A stretch of DNA of 63,266 bases, counting the filler. It is 12 parts of 12 records of this genome, joined end to end, with 100 filler letters (N's around TTAATTAATTAA, not from the genome) between each part and the next. Parts side by side here need not be neighbours in the genome. Positions count along the whole stretch, not along the records: positions 57,678 to 63,266 come from SRR15195285_4229; 11 more parts are not named here. The stretch is one strand, 5' to 3'. This document shows, piece after piece, positions 58,647 to 63,266 of the stretch; within the stretch, counting starts at the first letter, position 1; each line of letters starts with the position of its first letter. The translations under genes and the position numbers were made by a program. Under the pieces are notes generated by a model. It saw nothing but the letters and a program-made list of their open reading frames with translations, did not search any database and was not told the DNA's origin.

Positions 58647-60835
58647 ATGCTGGGCTTGATCTCCGATCCGCATGAGCTGCAGTCGGTGATTGTCCGCGAG
58701 ACTTGCGGTGAAGTTTGGGTGGACGACGTGCAGGAGAGCATCAAGAACGCGGTGTTGGCAGGGCCAATACTTCCACCAGATCCAGGTCCACCCCTGGATC
58801 CTCCTCCACATCCTGCTCCACAAATGGATGCAAACGACAGGATGAAGGTGACACTGCTTTCCGGGTTTCTCGGTGCTGGCAAAACCACCCTTTTAAAGCG
58901 AATTCTGACGCAGAACAATATCGGACAAAATCTGAAAATGGCAGTAATCGTGAACGGTGAGCCAGTCAGTCCACAAGGAACCACACAACATCTGCCCCTA
59001 GGTAGGCAGCATAGTGACTGATAATTCTGTAGAGGAGTACTTCACTACCTGGTTTCCGATGGTACTTGGTAGATATGGGTGAGATAAATCTGGACGCGGA
59101 CGAGATCAAGGACTCAAAACTGATCCAAGAGGAAGCCGAAATGGTCGAGATGCAAAATGGCTGCATTTGCTGCACGTTGAGAGGCGATTTGCTCAGGACT
59201 GTCAAGAAGCTCAGCGACGAGGGTACATATGATTATCTAGTTATCGAGTCCACTGGCATCAGCGAACCACTACCAGTTGCACAAACCTTCGTAATGGATA
59301 TTGACAGTGCTACGCAAGTCGGTGCCTCGCCAACCGTGGCTGAGAGTGAGTTGAAATCGCTGTCGAACTACGCTACTTTGGACACGTGCGTTACTGTGGT
59401 GGACGCCCTTAACATCTTCGACGTTCTCGCCTCGATCGAGACGCTGGCGGATAAGAACAATTCTTCGAAGATGCTTGGAAATACTGGTGCACAGGAAGAC
59501 AAATCTGGACAACACAGTCTTCTCGTCCAGGCATTGGAGTGGCAAGCGTTGAATCTGGTGTCTCAGGGTACAAGTGTCCAAAAGATGGTTGCAGAGATGG
59601 TTGATTCGGCAGAGATGGTCATGGAGATGGTCACGGCTATCAAGGAGCAGGTCCCAGGCATGGAGAACGTGAATTCGACACAGGTGCTAGCAGCAGCAAC
59701 GGAAATCAACGATAAATATAGGTTGCAGGAGCTGGCTACTAGAGGTGGCAAGGAAGCGGAAGCAGCGGTTGCAGCGATAACAGCGGCGGCATCGGCAAGA
59801 CAGACTCAAGTTGCACAAGAAGTCGATGATCGCTCACTATCGCAGCTGATGCTGGACCAGTTGGAATTTGCCAACGTAATTGTTGTGAGCAAGGCCTCAT
59901 TGTTGTTGGATCAATACAGTGACCAGCGGGCTGATGGTGAAAAGAAGATTGGGATGATCGAAGGACTCTTGCACAAGCTTAATCCAAAGGCACGTGTGAT
60001 AATACCGCGCACAGATAAGTATGGCGATCTAGACGTTGTGACAGACCTACTCAACACCGGCATGTTCGATATGCAAGATGCTCAGAACTCAGCGGGCTGG
60101 ATGAAAGAGCTGCAGGGAGAACACACACCAGAAACAGAAGAATACGGAATTTCGAGCCTAGTTTTCAAGGAACGCAACATGCCTTTTCATCCAGGACGCT
60201 TGCGTGCGATCCTAAACGGGTTCGGGAGCTATGAATCTGCACTGTCTGTCAACGCTCCGCAGCCTGATGAGAGTGGTAGCGTCGTTAAGGAAGTCGCTCA
60301 TGACGATAAACACATCGACCCTAAGTTTCAGGGCTGTTTCCAAGGGGTCGTCCGTGCAAAGGGCTTCTTTTGGTTGGCGAACGCTCATGCGTTTCCGATT
60401 GGCTTTCACGCAGCAGGCAAGCAGGTCAACGTCGACGGCGGTGAAAGGCCGTTCCAGTGCACCTATGCTGACCAAAAGACGTTCGATGAACAAGTCAAGG
60501 CGGGCAAGTGGACCGAGAAGTTTGGCGACCGTCAGAGTGTGGTTGTATTCATCGGTGTTGGACTGAACAAGGCGCTGATGATGCAGAAACTTCAGCAGGC
60601 ACTACTCACAGAGAAGGAAAGCCAAGAACTGGGCGGTATACGAGGGTGGGCCCAGCTGGAGGATCCGTTTTTTGGCGGGGATGCTGCAACATCGTTCATG
60701 GACTTGCCTGAGCGTTTTAAGCAGCATTTGGCACACCAAAAGGAGCACCAGCACGCGGACCAGCAGGTATTCGAGTGTGTCTTTGAATGGGAGCAGATTG
60801 CAAACGCAATCCGCATATACATGTGCGTAAAATAG
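58647..60835 (+). CDS. COG0523/CobW-family G3E GTPase (putative Zn metallochaperone); 5' and extreme 3' exon structure uncertain
   Basis: [16 protein letters not shown]; intron ~58957-59071 restores [34 protein letters not shown]; CobW_C motifs [27 protein letters not shown]. Confidence 0.92.
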
Positions 60836-63039
60836 CGGAAGAAAGCTGCACTCCTCTGAACGTCTTGACAAAGGCTAACGTCTCTCGCATGTGTTGCACA
60901 GATCGCTCCCGCCGGGCATCACCGATCATGATGTAGATTGTCAGATCACAGAGACCAAGCTTACACTTGGGGTTCAGGGCAATGCTCCATTCATCAATGT
61001 AAGCCTTGCCGTTCAGTCCTACCGAGTGGACTGAGCTGCTTGCAATGCTATATTTGCACAAGTATGTGTAATGAATTGGTCTAACGACACGTGGTATTTT
61101 GGAAACCATGCCAACTGACAACAGGAGGCATTCACCCACGCGGTCAAGACAGAAGGGAGCCATTGGGAGCTGAAGGATGGAGGAATTCGAATTCATTGCC
61201 CAAAGTCGAATCTGGGCGTGGCATGTAAGACCATAATTCTACACGATGCGAATGTGACTACCACTCGGGGTTTTCACAAGACAAATCCACTGCAAGTGGC
61301 TTGTGTCTGCTTGCTCCAATTTGCTACGTATGACTAGTCATACGTGTCGACAATTGTGTTTGTGCAGGGCCAACTGCATTTGCGAGTCATAATCAACAAT
61401 CAGTACAGTAACAATCATTGGCTCAACGTGGCGTGGCGTCGCAGGCGCTTCGGAGCGTCTAGCTACGTGCACCAAAGGGTACCAACCGTTCGGAGTGTGT
61501 AAAAATGGACCCGTGTGTGCTCTGATTCGGATGCGCGCGCCCCATCTGGTACGGTCGGCTGCACCGCGCCTCTCTACTAGTAGCTACTGGCACTACCTAT
61601 CATGACCTGAGCGACCACCAGTACCCCTGCCTCGACGAGAAACCGGTGTTGGGTTTAATGCTTGCCATAGTATTCGACCGCTTCCTTGTGCGCAGGTGGG
61701 CGCCGACGGCGGCACGTTCTTCCGGGACTAGTACAGGAACGACTGCAACACGTGGACAGAGCGAGCATACGCTACGCCTCAGCTAACTGCAGCTCATCGT
61801 CTACCTCTCGGACGCCGATGAGATGACTTACTGCATCAGCTTCGCCCGTTGGTGACGCTGCTTTGTGTCCCATGGAGGATGCTAGAGTGCAGCCTGCAAT
61901 AGCAACTCCCATGCAAAACCACCCTAACCGGGTCAAAATTTCGATTTTGGGTTTTGGGTTCGTTAGATGCGACTAAGATGAATCGGGTACGCCAGCACGC
62001 CAGTAATTATTGAGGTCGATCTTTTGGTTGCTGCTCATTGCAAAAGCTTTGTGGTGTTGCACACAGGCAATCCATCTCAACTGTCCGGATCCCGACGTCG
62101 ACGATTTGATCATGACGGGTCAAAAGATCCTCTAGGGCACACAGCAACGACGCAGCCAACCAGAGCGGAGCGTCACTCGGTGCAGGCTTACTACGGCCAC
62201 CTAGATCCCTGTCGAACAATGAGCATCAGCGTACCCAGCCTCACTATGGCAAGACAGCGCTGACGCGGAGGCGAGGCGATTCTATGGCAAGGTCACAAAC
62301 CGAACGCTTCAGCTAGTATCAAAGCTATAGCATAAGCATGTACAGATGATGAGTTGTCCGCACAGCAACAACAGATGCTGCCGCTCGCGCTGCTTTCCAT
62401 CTGGCCAGCGGCGCTTTTCTGTTCAAGACACTGCAAGCACATCGATCTACTGATCGAAGATAATCTACTTCGATACTTCCATCTATCGATACTTCAGCAA
62501 CGGCCGAAGATAAAATGCGCGACGACTAACTCCTCTAAACACGACACACTGTGAGACTAGGTTCTTGCCCACCTGCACCACATGTCCTGTCTTATCTAGC
62601 TTGATCGTGTAGCAGGCGGTCGTCGCGTCAAATGATAACACCGATCCGAGATGCTGGTCTTGCTGTGGACCGTCGTAAGCCTTCGTGATCACGATTGGCA
62701 TACCTCGGGACAGTGTTGGCTGGTTGCTGTAAGGTTCGAGCGCATCGAATGGATCTGAGCAAAATGATGACGTCGCACAACAGTAGGCACAGCAGCACCA
62801 ACAAACGCATCAGGGAACTGTGCTTGTAAAGCAAATGAACCCATAGTTCTGTACATATTAATTGATTCAGCGTGTACTGAGACAAATTGTATTTTTTCAG
62901 CAGTGTGTAGCCGCACGCATATGCACGCTAGCTATAGTAGATTACGGTGGCGCGCGGGTCGGTCTTCGATGTCTTCGATGTCTTCGAATGTGATCGTGGG
63001 GGCGTGTTCCGCGCCGCCCGCGATTCGGTCATACGCCAT
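60717..63039 (-). CDS. Possible multi-exon hypothetical gene
   Basis: Several protein-like minus-strand frames (60717-61060, 62007-62219, 62483-62760, ~62945-63039) below a promoter-like CG/palindrome tract at 63060-63170. No family recognised and the splicing is not solved. Confidence 0.3.
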
Positions 63040-63266
63040 GCATGCATGTCGCATTAATATACAGTACGTAAAATTATAGACGAGCCGCGCGGGCACGTCG
63101 TCGTCGACGGCCGCGGAAAGGGTACCGCGGTACCCGGCCCGTAGAACCGTAGATCTACTAGATCTATTGATAGTACAACCTGTAACTCGTGTGTGTGTGT
63201 GTTTTTTCGACTCGTGCGCATTGCGCATGTTAGCCGCGCGACCCGGGAATGAGTCAAACGAGTTGG

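Noticed and set aside
1-63266. tRNA, rRNA, transposase, reverse transcriptase or viral hallmark genes
   Set aside because: None recognised by eye. A covariance-model scan would be needed to exclude small RNAs.

Overview
The window is not one locus. It is 12 short contigs of a GC-rich, intron-containing eukaryotic genome, joined by eleven 100-bp artificial linkers (44 N + TTAATTAATTAA + 44 N). Most ORF-track entries are exon fragments or antisense noise, so I rebuilt genes by hand across GT-AG introns. The gene content suggests a heterotrophic protist. Picozoa-like is my guess from the EPEPEP tracts and the CAZyme load, and it is unverified. Genes found: an EGF/Ig/lectin surface protein, GH78, a coiled-coil protein, a PhyH dioxygenase, an unclassified GH+CBM, a TM/TNFR-like protein, an EF-hand/WW polycystin channel, a GH99-like+propeller fusion, GH27+ricin, a GxGYxYP protein, a Gfo/Idh/MocA oxidoreductase, an SOS1-like Na+/H+ antiporter with an RRM, a full-size ABCD transporter, GH2, an IQ/SAM/ANK/bromo/UBL giant, a SOL-type calpain, a TM-TIR-NACHT protein and a COG0523 GTPase. 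Best findings: (1) a spliced ER thioredoxin-fold gene, missed by the ORF track, whose active site reads G-TGA-G-TGA-TGA (three selenocysteines, GUGUU), followed by a SECIS-like hairpin with an unusually long apical arm; (2) a single-pass receptor joining a Cys-rich ectodomain, an apparently circularly permuted TIR and a NACHT; (3) neighbouring introns within one gene that are sequence copies of each other, seen in two separate genes; (4) a possible membrane-tethered transcription factor; (5) an RRM inside an ion exchanger.
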